Part shown: positions 52,485 through 64,000 of the stretch, in pieces
Layout: the number at the start of each line of letters is the position of its first letter
Numbering within the stretch: position 1 is the first letter of the stretch
DNA from: Octopus vulgaris
Lineage: Eukaryota
Length of the DNA: 64,000 bases
Direction of reading: 5' to 3'
Assembly: GCA_951406725.2 (NCBI GenBank)
Contig: OX597820.1
Location: forward strand, 85,374,001-85,438,000
Notes under the pieces: generated by a model
Database searches by the model: none
What the model saw: only the letters and a program-made list of their open reading frames with translations
Told to the model about the DNA's origin: nothing
Position numbers and translations under genes: made by a program

Positions 52485-54410
52485 TAAAACTGGCGGACAT
52501 ATTGAAGAAAACAAGAGTGTGGAAAGGAATTCAGACGTTCAGAGATGCGAGGGAAGAAACTGGTTCTGTAAAGTACTTTACAACACTTAGGAGGTTGCAC
52601 AGGATACTGATGAGAACTGGATGCAAGTCTAGTTGATCGCTGATAAGTTCTTAAAAGAGGAACCAGAGAAGAGAGTTCAGCTGAACTATGACCATGAAAA
52701 TACTTATAGAAAAGAGACAAGGAAACCACAGGACGCCGATGAGAGAGTGAATCCAATTTAAATGATAGATCAGAACCAATAACATTACAAATACGGTGCT
52801 GAATGCGGTCCAACAGAGTTAAACAATCTACAGGAACACATGCTCATATGTAACAATAGTACTCAATGCAGGGGAGAATTGTGGACTTTCAAACATAACG
52901 AATAGTCTCAGAAGAGAGATAACTCCTCGAATGGAGGAGTGAGTCTACCTTCATTGCAGCCGATTTGGCAATAGATTCAACGTAAGTCCCCCAAGAAAGA
53001 TCATTACAGAAAGTCATTTCTAGGAGACCAAGAGAACGACTCTCGGGTAAGTCATTACCGCCTATCGAAATCAATGGCAAGAAGGGATGTCTCAAGCGAT
53101 TAATTGAAAAAATATATAGTTTTCGATGGATTGAACGTTACAAGCCATCTTCTACTCCACTCAGCAATAGACCGAATATTATTCTCAAGGTTAGCAGCGA
53201 TCTCATTCCTATCGGAGTAGTCATCAGATTTGTCTAAACAAGAGTACAAAGAAAAGTCATCAGCATAGATTACCAGCTGATAGATGTTATGATCAGGTAG
53301 ATCATTGATAAAAAGAAGAAAGGAAGTTGGGCCCAGAAGAGATCTTTGAGGTACCCCAGGATTAAGAGAAGAACTAGATGAAGATTGACCATCAAGAACA
53401 ACCTTGATCCTACAGTATCAAAGGAAAGACGAGATGATGTTAAGCATGGAACCTGATACACCAAAGAATTGAAGCTTCCATAGAAGTTCAGGATGCCAGA
53501 TCCTATCAAATTCCTTAGAGATATCAAGACTACCTGCTCTAGCTTGAACTGTTACATTTAAGGTACGATAAACACGCTTGGTTATAACAGTACACTGTTC
53601 TGCACGGAAACCATATTGAGAGTCGGAGAATAGACGATTTGTGTCAAGATATTTCACAAGAAAGTCATTAATCTCGAACACCTTATTGTTGACTGGTAGT
53701 AGACTAATTGGTCTATAATTACGATGATTAGATCGATCACCACAGTTCTTAAAGACACGAGGAACAGTTGGAAATTTCCATAAAGAAGGAAAGCAAGATT
53801 CTGAGATACACTTTCCGAAGAGCCTAGATAAGACAGAAGACAACTCAGGCGAACACTTCTGAAGATCAATGACTGGAATACTATCAGGTCCAGTTGCTTC
53901 ACATGGATGCAACTGTGCCACAATGGCCGCAGCCTTAGCAAAAGTAATATGACAGCTGTGTAACAGTTTATCAGTTTGGAGAAAAACATCAGGAAATGGA
54001 TGACCAGCGTCATCGAGAATAGAGTGAGAAATCAACGGTTGAGCAAAGAGTTCTGCTTTATCTTTATCTGTTGTCAAGACCTCAGGTCTGTTGAATAAAG
54101 GAGGAATAAAATACTTATTATTACCCCTGACACTTTTGATAATTCTCCTGAAGTCACAAGAGCCTGCGATGATATACAATCATGAATGTGCCGCTCGTAG
54201 TCTGATTTAGCATCACGAATGATAGCCCTACGGTGATTGCGACCATTGGTGAAAAGGTGTCTATTCAATGCAGAATCATCTCACTGAAGCTGGTGAAAAA
54301 AAGGATTATGATGGGCAACAGCAGCAGCACCAGCAGAAGAAAACCAGGGTGTGGAATGCGGCTTCAGCTGATATTTGCGAGATGGTATGAAGGTGTTCAT
54401 TAACTTACTA
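52485..54410 (-). mobile_element. CR1/L2-group LINE ORF2 remnant (RT domain and C-terminus), multiple frameshifts
   Basis: ATGPDSIPVIDLQKCSPELSSVL...NYRPISLLP...SDSQYGFR...LDISKEFDRIWH, GVPQRSLLGP, YADD (~53256-53268), and SLSHRRPVVSLSLFYKYFHG...SFFPR. Confidence 0.9.
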
Positions 54411-55943
54411 TTGTGTATGAGTTCATTACAAAAATCATCTATATTTCAAATGCATTCACTCTTGTTTTAGACATCCATGTAGGCACTAGTAAATATACAT
54501 AGTTTGCATCGTCATAAGCTGACCTAGTGCAATACCAAATACAAGACATCTACGTGGAAGGCTACATCTAGTAACCAAATAGTGTGGAAACGTTGTTTGT
54601 GCGTTTACTGAATAGGTTGTCTCATCAATGTTATAGGGAATGCATATAATTTTATACATTCAACAGTACTTGCACTTTCCCCCTGGCAGCGTGTTATAGC
54701 GACCTCTCTCAGATCGCAACAAGTTTTCTTTCAACAAGTTTTAACTTCAACAACTTCACTCTCAACAACTTTTCACTAACATAAATTCACTGGTCTGCAA
54801 TTTGTGGTTGGTAATTAGTTGAGGAAGGTTAGCACATGGAACGTGAAATCTATGTAGGTGCAGACCACATTCAAATTGAATTTTGAAGACAGTAGATGTG
54901 GACTCTATATAAGAGTCCTGAGATTTGTGACTCAGGAAGATGTGTGATTTGACTGTTAGTAAGAGGTGACTTGTACATTATTTGCTTTGATGTCAGGAAT
55001 GTTAGAGAATACAACGAAGAATCGTCTAGAGAGATGAATGATACTTTTTGAATTAAAATAAAATGTTCAGGCAGTCGACTTGATATTGGTCAGAGTTACA
55101 AGCTTCCACGAGAGGAAACTGTGCTAATAGAAACCGTGTGACAGGAGGTGAAGTTAAACAGGAGGCATAATTTACTAAGCCATTTCCAATAAAATCGATT
55201 ATCATGCATACAGGACTACATTTCAGAAGAGGGGAGAAAATTGGAATAGTTTCAACCGATTCAAAAATTCGTACTTTAACATTTACCTTTATTTTTACAA
55301 AAGTAAGGAATAAGTGCAATGAGAGGTTTATTCCTGGCAGATTTAATTTTTTATATATATATGAATTGCAAATATATACACATCATTACTTTTATGCTAT
55401 GGTGTTTCGAGTGCATATATTGATATGTCTGGTAAACTTACCCGCGAATATGTTATTGCTTTGTTTATTACAATCAATATTTCAACAAAAGTTCAGAATG
55501 ACATGAATTTTGTTACTGAGGGAAGAATCTTGTCTTCGATACTGATATCTAACGATCTGCTAGCATGATTTTGTACGAGAACTTTGTAATCCACACAGTC
55601 TGATGCGAGACATTTCTCTCGAGGAAATTCGCATGTTCGTATATTTTGGTTTTTTAGATTAAAATTGCTCATCGAAAGAAGATTGTCACTAACACACTTT
55701 TACTGACCAGTTAAAAACTATATTAACCAGTTCTTAAATTTGGGTAAAAATATTTTGATTCTACAGACTGTCATTTAAAAATTTACTATGTATATATGTA
55801 TGGGAGAATTAAGTAAATCAAATCTCGTATAAGGTATTGTTTAACGTTTGATCTTTAACAGGCCTCCGGTATGTGCGTGCGTCTGTGTGTGTGCGCGCGT
55901 GTACATACACATACACACGCACAGACATATATACGCACATGTG

Positions 55944-55997
<54 letters not shown>

Positions 55998-56403
55998 AAA
56001 ACACATATGGTGGAAATTAGGCAAAATCTATAGATATATATCAGCGATTTCTATTTGGAAAAAGGAAATGTTTTAGAATACGTGCCAAAAACACACATAC
56101 GTTCATATTCTTCGTATTCAGAAAACTCTTCTTTATCTCAGAACAAAAATGTCACTGGAGCAGGTGTTTATCGAATATCTATAACATCACATAATCACAA
56201 AAATACAAGTTCTTTATTTTTTGAAACAAGTTGTCTCTGCATACATATGTGTAAATGTGTGAGTGAGTTCGTGTATGCTCATATTTGCATCTGTGTGCAG
56301 GGACGTGTGTATGCGTGTGTCTCTGAGGTATTTACACACATTTGTATTTATATATAAACATATATATATACACCCATACACACATATATAAATACACATA
56401 TGC

Positions 56404-56456
<53 letters not shown>

Positions 56457-57009
56457 CATATATTTCCCAAGGGAGTGAGAGATACAAAAAGAAATACTGT
56501 GCATGTATGTGAATGTCTGTGTGTGTGTATGTGTGTTCTTTAAATTTGATCTTCGACTGTGTGTACTTTCTTCTTGTTACAGATTATAACTGTTTTCATG
56601 ACAAAATATCGTGTCATACTATCTAAGATAACTCATCTTCAGTTGCAATATTTATATCTGTCAAACTATCAACAATTTCTCAGCATTCTCACTAAGATAT
56701 ACAATATAACAAAAGACTAAGACTAACTCAAATAATTGTTATAGAATAGATAACATTAAATATCAACTTATGCAAGATTCTTAACCAATGATTGTAACAT
56801 TATGCAACGCAGTATTTCCAAAACACACTCATGTGATGCACACATGAACATATATGCTTGCGTGTAAAAATGTGCATGCAATGAGACTGCCTAATCATTT
56901 TTTTACCTCTGTTTACACTTCCACACCTATGCGTATAATATGTGTGTGAGACAAGTGAAGATGGAGATAACATAAAAATATAAAGTTAAATATGCACAGA
57001 TATATATAT

Positions 57010-57089
57010 ATATATACATACATACTTTTATATATATATATACACACATATATATAGTTCAAAATTCCAAAAAAAACAAACAAAACATC

Positions 57090-57133
<44 letters not shown>

Positions 57134-57196
57134 CTTTTATATATATATATACACACATATATATAGTTGAAATTAAAAAAAAACAACAAACAAAAC

Positions 57197-57252
<56 letters not shown>
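57010..57252. repeat. Tandem duplication (~115 bp unit) containing (TA)n
   Basis: catactttta(ta)n cacacatatatatagtt.aaa...aaacaaacaaaacat occurs twice (~57020-57090 and ~57130-57200). Confidence 0.8.
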
Positions 57253-57254
<2 letters not shown>

Positions 57255-57289
57255 TTATCAAAATAAGCAACAAGGATATCCAGATTTAA

Positions 57290-57374
57290 TGCAGTACGAT
57301 AGTTTCACGCAACTCCATTTATTTGAACAATGCAATCATTACATCAATTTAAATGCAGAGCATCTTCAGCTGCA
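57290..57374 (-). ncRNA. Type-I hammerhead ribozyme motif in a probable PLE terminal repeat
   Basis: Minus strand tgcag-CTGAAGA-tgctctgcattt...aaatggagttgcgt-GAAA-ctatcg-TA-ctgca. 5-bp stem I, intact core boxes, extended stem II; the element abuts (TA)n at 57252. Confidence 0.7.
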
Positions 57375-57792
57375 CAAAGACATTGAATTTAATTAATTTA
57401 AAACACATGGACACATTACCGTATTTTACCTAAAATCTCCAAGAAGTTAAAGAGATAGACAACATGCTGCCTTCCCTTCAGCTTATAAGCTACTAAGATA
57501 TCAAGAAGAAAGGCTTGTTACAGATTTTTTGCTTGTCACCGTTTTTTATGGGGTCAGTTTTAATTCATAGACTAGTTTTATCAAATTATTTTATATCTAA
57601 GGCTGCGAGGACAAGGGGCAGTGTCTGTTAGGGGTAGGGCTGAGAGAGCAGACGGCAATCATAGTGGGTATAGTCATAAAAATCATACTTTATTAGAAGC
57701 AATATCATGAGGTTTGGTAAAGAAAACTTAAATCAAAATGTTAGCTGACAATTAAGTACCATATTCTTCTGAATCAATCTATATATGTATAT

Positions 57793-58470
57793 ATACAGCG
57801 TGCAGAATATATAACACAAGTAACACAAAATTGAGAATAAAACTATTATATTTACCGAAATTACATGAAAATATCTTGAAATACTAAAGAGTAAATTTAT
57901 TCACTAAAATCGCCATGGCTTCAACCACGGTCTCCAGAAAACTTCGGAATCTGCTGCAATTCTTCTGGACGGTTTCCTTGTTTCAGTTTGTTAATGCTGC
58001 CATAATCCTTGCATTCAGTACATCTTTGGTGTTTGAAGGAGTTTTGTTGATCTTTCTCTCAACTGCACACCTCATGTAATAATCAGTGCTGTTGAAGTCT
58101 GGAGCGTTAGGGTCCAGGTGTTAGGGGTGTGGGTCGGACAAACTGTCATCCAACCATGACTGTGGTCTCTTGCTTGTGTTACATAGTGCAGAGTCCTATT
58201 GCCAGATATAGGATCTTCCAGCCTCTTGACCCAGTGCAGCACTACCTACTCCATGCACTGGATGTAAGCTTCCGTGTTGAGTCTGAGGCAGTGTGGGAGG
58301 ACGAATGGAGTTATAACGTCGCCATCACTAGTGATCACTCCAAATACTATGCTGTTGACTGTATGATTGATTTGTATCACTCTCGGTACATATTTTGGGG
58401 ACACGGCAAGCCAACAGTTGTTCTGTGTGTTCACTATCTGATCCTAGCAAAAATGTTCCTCGTCTGAGAA
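57793..58470 (-). mobile_element. Tc1/mariner (DD37D/maT-like) transposase 3' half, decayed
   Basis: NTQNNCWLA...VFGVITSDGDV...LRLNTEAYI and PDFNSTDYYMRCAVERKINKTPSNTKDVLNARIMAA...ETVQKNCSRFRSFLETVVEA. Confidence 0.8.
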
Positions 58471-58489
58471 ACACCAAAGCGTGTTCGAT

Positions 58490-58976
58490 TAGATAGGATG
58501 CTTAAGTTTGTTCAAAAGCTTCGTAGCGCGGTCTTTAATTGTTGAAGAACCAGCACAGAAATTTGGATTTGGTCATTCAAATGAGCGCTAGAAGAAAAAC
58601 GGCAATCATTGGTTTCAAGAATGCTCGGTCATATACAGCGAGGATGACATTCCAAAGGTTGAAGCAGTTTCAATGAGAAATGATGCCCCACCCGCCATAT
58701 TCGCAAGACATTGTCCATCTTATCATAATTTATTCCGCTGTCTTCAAAATAATTTGGACTGAAGATATATGAATTCTGTAGACGAGGCCAGACCAGTACT
58801 GGAGGAATATTTTTCGTGACGGACAAGTGAATTTTGGAAGTGGTGCCTTGCAAGTCTACCAGATAGATGGATGTACATTGTAGAAAAAGAAAAAATATTT
58901 TAGATGAAAAAGAACATTGATTATCTTCATTTGGAAAATAAGAGGTATGCAAAAATTGCATTATGGGATGACCCAA
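58490..58976 (+). mobile_element. Internally deleted mariner (DD34D) remnant with right TIR
   Basis: HTARMTFQRLKQ...PPYSQDI...LFRCLQNNLD...ASLPDRW; ends ttatgggatgacccaa followed by TA. Confidence 0.75.
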
Positions 58977-59050
58977 TATATATACATATATGCATCACTT
59001 TGTTATATATATATATATGTGTGTGTGTGTGTGCGTATGTGTGTGTGTAT

Positions 59051-59350
59051 GCAGTGATCGGCTCACGATCGTAAGGTCGTGAGTTCAATTCCCGGCGACG
59101 CGTTGTGTCCTTGAGCAAGACATTTAATTTCACGATGCTCCAGTCCACACAGCTGGAGAAAATGAATAGTACTTATATTTCAAAGTGCCGGTCTTGTCAC
59201 ACTTTGCGTCACGCTGAATCTCCCTGAGAACTACGTTACGGGTACACGTGTCTGTGGAGTGCTCAGCCACTTGCACGTTCAATTCACGAGCAAGCAGTTC
59301 CACCGATTCGTATCAACTGGGTTTCTCGTTATCGCAACCAAACGAGTGCT
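59051..59350 (+). mobile_element. CORE-type tRNA SINE
   Basis: B-box gagttcaattccc and CORE-like gttgtgtccttgagcaagaca; the 3' body matches 5692-5835. Confidence 0.85.
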
Positions 59351-59554
59351 CGTGTGTGTGTGTGTGTGTGTATGCATGTGTGTGTGTAAGTGTGTGTGTG
59401 CGTATGTGTGTGAGTGTCTGGGTATGTACATAGATATATACATATATATATATGTGTGTGTGTGTGTGCTGGTGTGTGAGTGTGTTTGGGTATGTACATT
59501 GATATATACATATATGTTTGTGTGTGTGTGTGTGTATATGTATACAAATACACT

Positions 59555-59765
59555 TTTCTTTCCTCTTTTATCTTTTCCTTGCTTCTCTCATTTAACTGTG
59601 ATTATGTTGGGGCACCGACTTGAAAAAGTTTAGTTGAACCAAACGACCCCAATACTTTTTTTTCTTATTTTAACCTTGATAATTATTGTATCGGTTCTTT
59701 TGACAAACCGTTCAGTTCCGAAAAGTAAACTCACCATCAAGCGGCAGTAGGCAGTCAGACACAGA
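59555..59765 (-). mobile_element. Decayed SINE 3' fragment (family of 44003-44353)
   Basis: tcatttaactgtgattatgttggggcaccg...gaccccaatac...tatcggttcttttgacaaaccg. Confidence 0.6.
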
Positions 59766-59895
59766 CACGTCCACGCGCGCGCGCAAAACACACACACATA
59801 TGTATGTGTAAATGTATGCGTGCTTGTATGTATTTGTGTGCGTGGGTGTCTGTCTGAATGCGTGTTTGTCCTTGTGTGTGTGTGTGTGTTATGTG

Positions 59896-60092
59896 TGGAG
59901 GCGCGTGGCTTAGTGTTTACGGTCGATGGACTCATCTTCGTAAAATTATGGCTTCGATTCCTTGGACCGCGCAACACATTGTGTTCTTCATTTCACGTTG
60001 CTCTAATCCACCCAGTTCAAAAAATGAGTGGCCCTTCAACGGACCAGCTCCCCGTGCAGCTGGTGAATTTATACGCCATGAAACCGGGAATC
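59896..60092 (+). mobile_element. tRNA-derived SINE
   Basis: A-box gtggcttagtgttta, B-box ggcttcgattcc, tail gccatgaaaccgggaa. Confidence 0.7.
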
Positions 60093-60644
60093 TAAATTTA
60101 CCATTCCACATATATGTACACACACACACACACATACACACACACACACACATATATGTATGTAACTACATATATCTACGAATAATTTACGCTTATATAT
60201 ATGCGTATGCATGTATGTGTGTATCTATGTATATGTATGTATCTATGTATATAGTATAAACATTCCAGTAATCGTACACATAAATATATATATCATAATT
60301 TTATTCAGACACAACTAATAATTAGAGCGACATATATTGATACTTTAGACTAAACCAGCGTGTGAATACAGAGTTTAATATAGATGAATGAATTGCAAGA
60401 GCATGGGTGATATATAATCACTTTATTATCTTAAAACTGTTTCTTCTAGAAGAAACTCTCAAACCTAAAATCTTGTGCGATATCCCGTAGGTGCCGTGCA
60501 TCCATTTCATTTCAATGGGTTCAGAGATGCTGAATGATGCTGCACTATGACTCAGATTATAGAGCCATCTTCTGATAGCCTTGATCAATTATTTATGTGT
60601 ATCTGTGTACATGTATATATTCATATATGCACACACATGCACCC

Positions 60645-60821
60645 ATACATACATACATACATACATACATACATACATACATACATACATACATACACAT
60701 ATACATACATACATACACACATACACACATACATACATACATACATACATACATACATACATACATACATACATACATACATACATACATACATACATAC
60801 ATACATACATACATACATACA
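60645..60821. repeat. (TACA)n microsatellite
   Basis: Direct reading. Confidence 0.95.
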
Positions 60822-61225
60822 GGGCATTTAGAAAAACATGCCTAGGCAAGTGTCTTCACGGCTTGAAGAAATTAATAGCTCGTATCTTTATAGCGTACAT
60901 TATGTGATATTTAGCTCTCGCTGGGCGGTGTGCGTTTTGTTGATAAGCGGAAGACTATAATTTATTGTGTGTGTGTGTATGTATGCGTGTGTTTGAGTGT
61001 GTACTATGTAGGTATATACGTATGTATATGTGTATATACTGTGTAAGTGAATATATCGATAACATAAATTACAATTTTTTTAAATTGATATAGCTTCTCT
61101 ATATAAAATTTATGTAAAACCTAACGCTAGAAATTATAAATATGTTATCTGATATAAGATATCATGATCACCATATTTGAATAGAAAAAATTATGTGGAC
61201 TAATCGAAATCCAATGACAGATATA

Positions 61226-62024
61226 ACTTCTTCTACACCTGGCACAAGGCCCGAAGTTTTGGGGGAGGGGCCAATCGATTAGATCTTCCCCAGTACGCAA
61301 CTGGTACTTAATTCATCGACCCCGAAAGGATGAAAGGCAAAGTCCACCTCGGCGGAATTTGAACTCGGAACTTAAAGACAGACGAAATACCGCTACGCAT
61401 TTCACCCGGCGTGCTAACGTTTCTTATTTCTTTATTGCCCACAAGGGGCTAAACATAGAGGGGACAAACAAGGACAGACAAAGGAATTAATCGATTACAT
61501 CGACCTCAGTGCGTAAATGGTACTTAATTTATCGACCCCGAAAGATGAAAGGCAAAGTCGACCTCGGCGGAATTTGAACTCAGAACGTAACGGCAGACGA
61601 AATACCTATTTCTTTACTACCCACAAGGATCTAAACACAGAGAGGACGAACATGGACAGACACAGGTATTAAGTCGATTATATCGACCCCAGTGCGTAAC
61701 TGCTACTTATTTAATCGACCCCGAAAAGATGAAAGGCAAAGTCGACCTCGGCGTAATTTGAACTCAAAACATAACGGCAGACTAAATACCTATTTCTTTA
61801 TTACCCACAAGGGGCTAAACACAGAAGGGACAAACAAGGACAGACATAGGTATTAAGTCGATTACATCTACCTCAGTGCGTAACTGGTACTTAATTTATC
61901 GACCCCGAAAGGATGAAAGGCAAATTCGACCTCGGCGGAATTTGAACTCACAACGTAACGCAGACGAAATACCGCTAAGCGTTTCGCCCGGCGCGCTAAC
62001 GTTTCTGCCAGCTCGCCGCCTTCT
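61226..62024 (-). mobile_element. Four-unit tandem tRNA-SINE multimer with 13-bp TSD
   Basis: Units at 61791-62022, 61607-61790, 61425-61606 and 61228-61424 each contain B-box gagttcaaattccgcc and the gtcgactttgcctttcatcctttcggggtcgat core. aatgacagatata flanks at 61213-61225 and 62025-62037. Confidence 0.9.
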
Positions 62025-62677
62025 AATGACAGATATATCATTTGGCTCGTGATAGAGATAGTGTTTACTGTACACAGTATAATATTTAACATTATCATAT
62101 ATTTTGAAACTGTTCTTTATTATGACATGGAGACGAAATAATTTAGTGAAACGGACGCGTTACATTTGATATACAACTAATAAATATCTTGTATATTAAT
62201 ATCCAAAAGTGCAAAATGATTTAGTCATAACATATAAAATAATTATACACACTAGGGTACTTGTAATCCTTGTTCCTTATCTGGATTAGACTTTATTCCT
62301 TGAGACATAACACCATAAATTGTATTAACCACCAGTAATCCCACCTTAATCAAGCGAAGCGAGTTTGTGTAAGAGAATACATATTCATAAAAGGAAGTTA
62401 TTAAAATAAATTATCGTTTACGTAACTCTTTTTTTTTTAAATCACTGTGGATAAATCCCAATAATCTACTTGGTATCTCCAGTTTTTTTAATTATAAATA
62501 AAAACAATCGGAGACTGGGATTAAGGTTGCAAAAATATCAAATTTTACTAATTTTTTTTTTATAGCACATAAATGTATTTATGAGGCGAAAAATATTGAA
62601 AAACTTCAATACATCCGGGAAGCGATAAAGAGGGTGATTACGTATATTCTTATGAACGTATTTATATATAGAAGCAC

Positions 62678-63348
62678 CTGCTCTTCTCTCTTTGTTGTAG
62701 CTCATATTTCACTGCCATATAACATTGCAGGTAGAACTGTACTGTTGATGATGTTGGCGCGGGTGGTCCTGTTCAACCATCCCTTGAGCACATCCCTTAT
62801 GCCATTAAACGCCTTCCATCCGGCCCTTACTATCCGTGAGATCTCCTTTTCGATATATCGGCACATATTCACTTCCTGTCCCAAGTAGACATATTCCTTT
62901 ACCTCCTCTATTTCGTCACTGCCGATCACCATTCGACCTGTTGGTACGTTGTCTGACCGCATGAACTTCGTTTTCATGCGGTTCATCTTGAGACCTTCTG
63001 CGGAGCTTTTGATGTCGAGCTCCGTCAAAGAGCCATAGAAAGGTCAATGCTTGGTATCTCGTTGAGAGAGTACATCAGTAGCGAGATCATCAGAAAGAAG
63101 TTTAGATGGGCTGGACACGTCACCCAGCTCACCGATAATCGGTGGACCCGCGCAGTTGTCTAATGGTACCCGCGCAAGCGGAAACGACCACCCGGAAGGC
63201 CTCCACGACGGTGGAGTTACGATTTCAGGAGGACTATTGGGATCACGTGGATGAGAAAGGCGCGATCCAGAGAGGAGTGGACAGAGTGCTGTGACCAGCG
63301 GTGTCAAATGGAGGCCCGACGGACTGCTCGGTCAAGGAGATCAAGGTG
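62678..63348 (+). mobile_element. RTE-clade LINE, 5'-truncated, with inverted 5' segment and 14-bp TSD
   Basis: Minus strand 63028-62678 encodes GLKMNRMKTKFM...YVYLGQ...VLPAMLYGSEI*ATTKREEQ. Plus strand 63026-63348 continues QRAIERSMLGISLRE...RWAGHV...GRPPRRW. TSD atatata(g/c)aagcac at 62664-62677 and 63349-63362. Confidence 0.9.
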
Positions 63349-63449
63349 ATATATACAAGCACATCTTGGGATGTACTAGAAACAAAAGTCAAATCTCCCT
63401 TAAATCAATCACTTTTCCCTCTGTAAATATTAAGTATTTAAATTTAATT

Positions 63450-63990
63450 TCTGGCGAAAAGGCTCCTCCCATGGTTTTGAAGTGCAGAAAAATAAGCCAA
63501 AATAGGTCTCGAGTGGGATGATGACAGAGGTAGGGTTGTAAAAAAAATTTCAAAACTTTTTCCATACAAAGACATCCCCACAAGAAACAGCACACAAACG
63601 CACAATCATTTCGAAGGCTGTGGTTTTTAAAATAATTAGGAAAATCTCCATCAAAGACGAGCAGTTCTAATTTAATTTGTCTACCTGATCCGAGACTCCA
63701 TTTTGCAGAAATTCCTCTCCCCACCCCCTCGGTAAAACCTTTCCCCACAAAATTTTTTATAATCTATGCTGTTTGAAAGGTATTTTTATAAACTTTCATT
63801 AAAAGATACCCATTTTCCTGAAATTTATGAGGGAACATGTCGGATCATGTGAATTTTTCGAAACTCCCTTCTCCACCACCATTCTCCCGAAAAATTCTTT
63901 GCCATAAATCACTATATATTCTGAAGCCACAACATCGAAGCGGTATTTGTATAAAATTTTGTTTGAAAGTATCAATTTTACTCTTAAGAA
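63450..63990 (+). mobile_element. Unclassified repeat sharing internal sequence with the 1066-2067 fold-back element
   Basis: cgaaaaggctcctcccatggttttgaagtgc (63455-63485) matches cgaaaaggcttctcccatggttttgaagggc (1423-1453). The extent is uncertain. Confidence 0.45.
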
Positions 63991-64000
63991 TGATAAACCA

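Noticed and set aside
53418-54179. Longest ORF (253 aa) as a host CDS
   Set aside because: It is part of a frameshifted LINE ORF2 remnant.
61226-62024. CRISPR-like array
   Set aside because: The units are ~185-bp whole-unit repeats without unique spacers, in a eukaryotic SINE context.

Overview
This is very AT-rich eukaryotic non-coding DNA saturated with microsatellites ((TA)n, (CA)n, (TACA)n, (GATA)n, (GAA)n, (TTA)n). The tRNA-derived SINE families and overall repeat landscape look like an octopus/cephalopod intron or intergenic region; this is inferred from recalled repeat sequences, not from a search. I find no supportable host protein-coding exon. Almost all ORFs in the track are microsatellite read-throughs, and the rest are decayed transposon ORFs: Penelope-like (PLE) RT/GIY-YIG, Tc1/mariner, RTE, R4/Dong, a CR1-like LINE and a probable Helitron. 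The most interesting layer is structural. (1) A dispersed set of minimal type-I hammerhead ribozyme (HHR) motifs is tied to PLE termini: three have intact cores (27766-27803 +, 43803-43850 +, 57290-57374 -) and several are mutated or decayed. (2) A 156-bp spacer-less palindrome is made of two back-to-back HHR copies inserted in a duplicated (TA)n site. (3) An ~800-bp four-unit SINE multimer moved as one unit (13-bp TSD), and its tail matches a separate retroposon 3' end. (4) An RTE LINE shows a twin-priming-type 5' inversion with a 14-bp TSD. (5) Many fold-back elements could form dsRNA if transcribed. All family assignments are by eye from motifs; coordinates of decayed elements are approximate.
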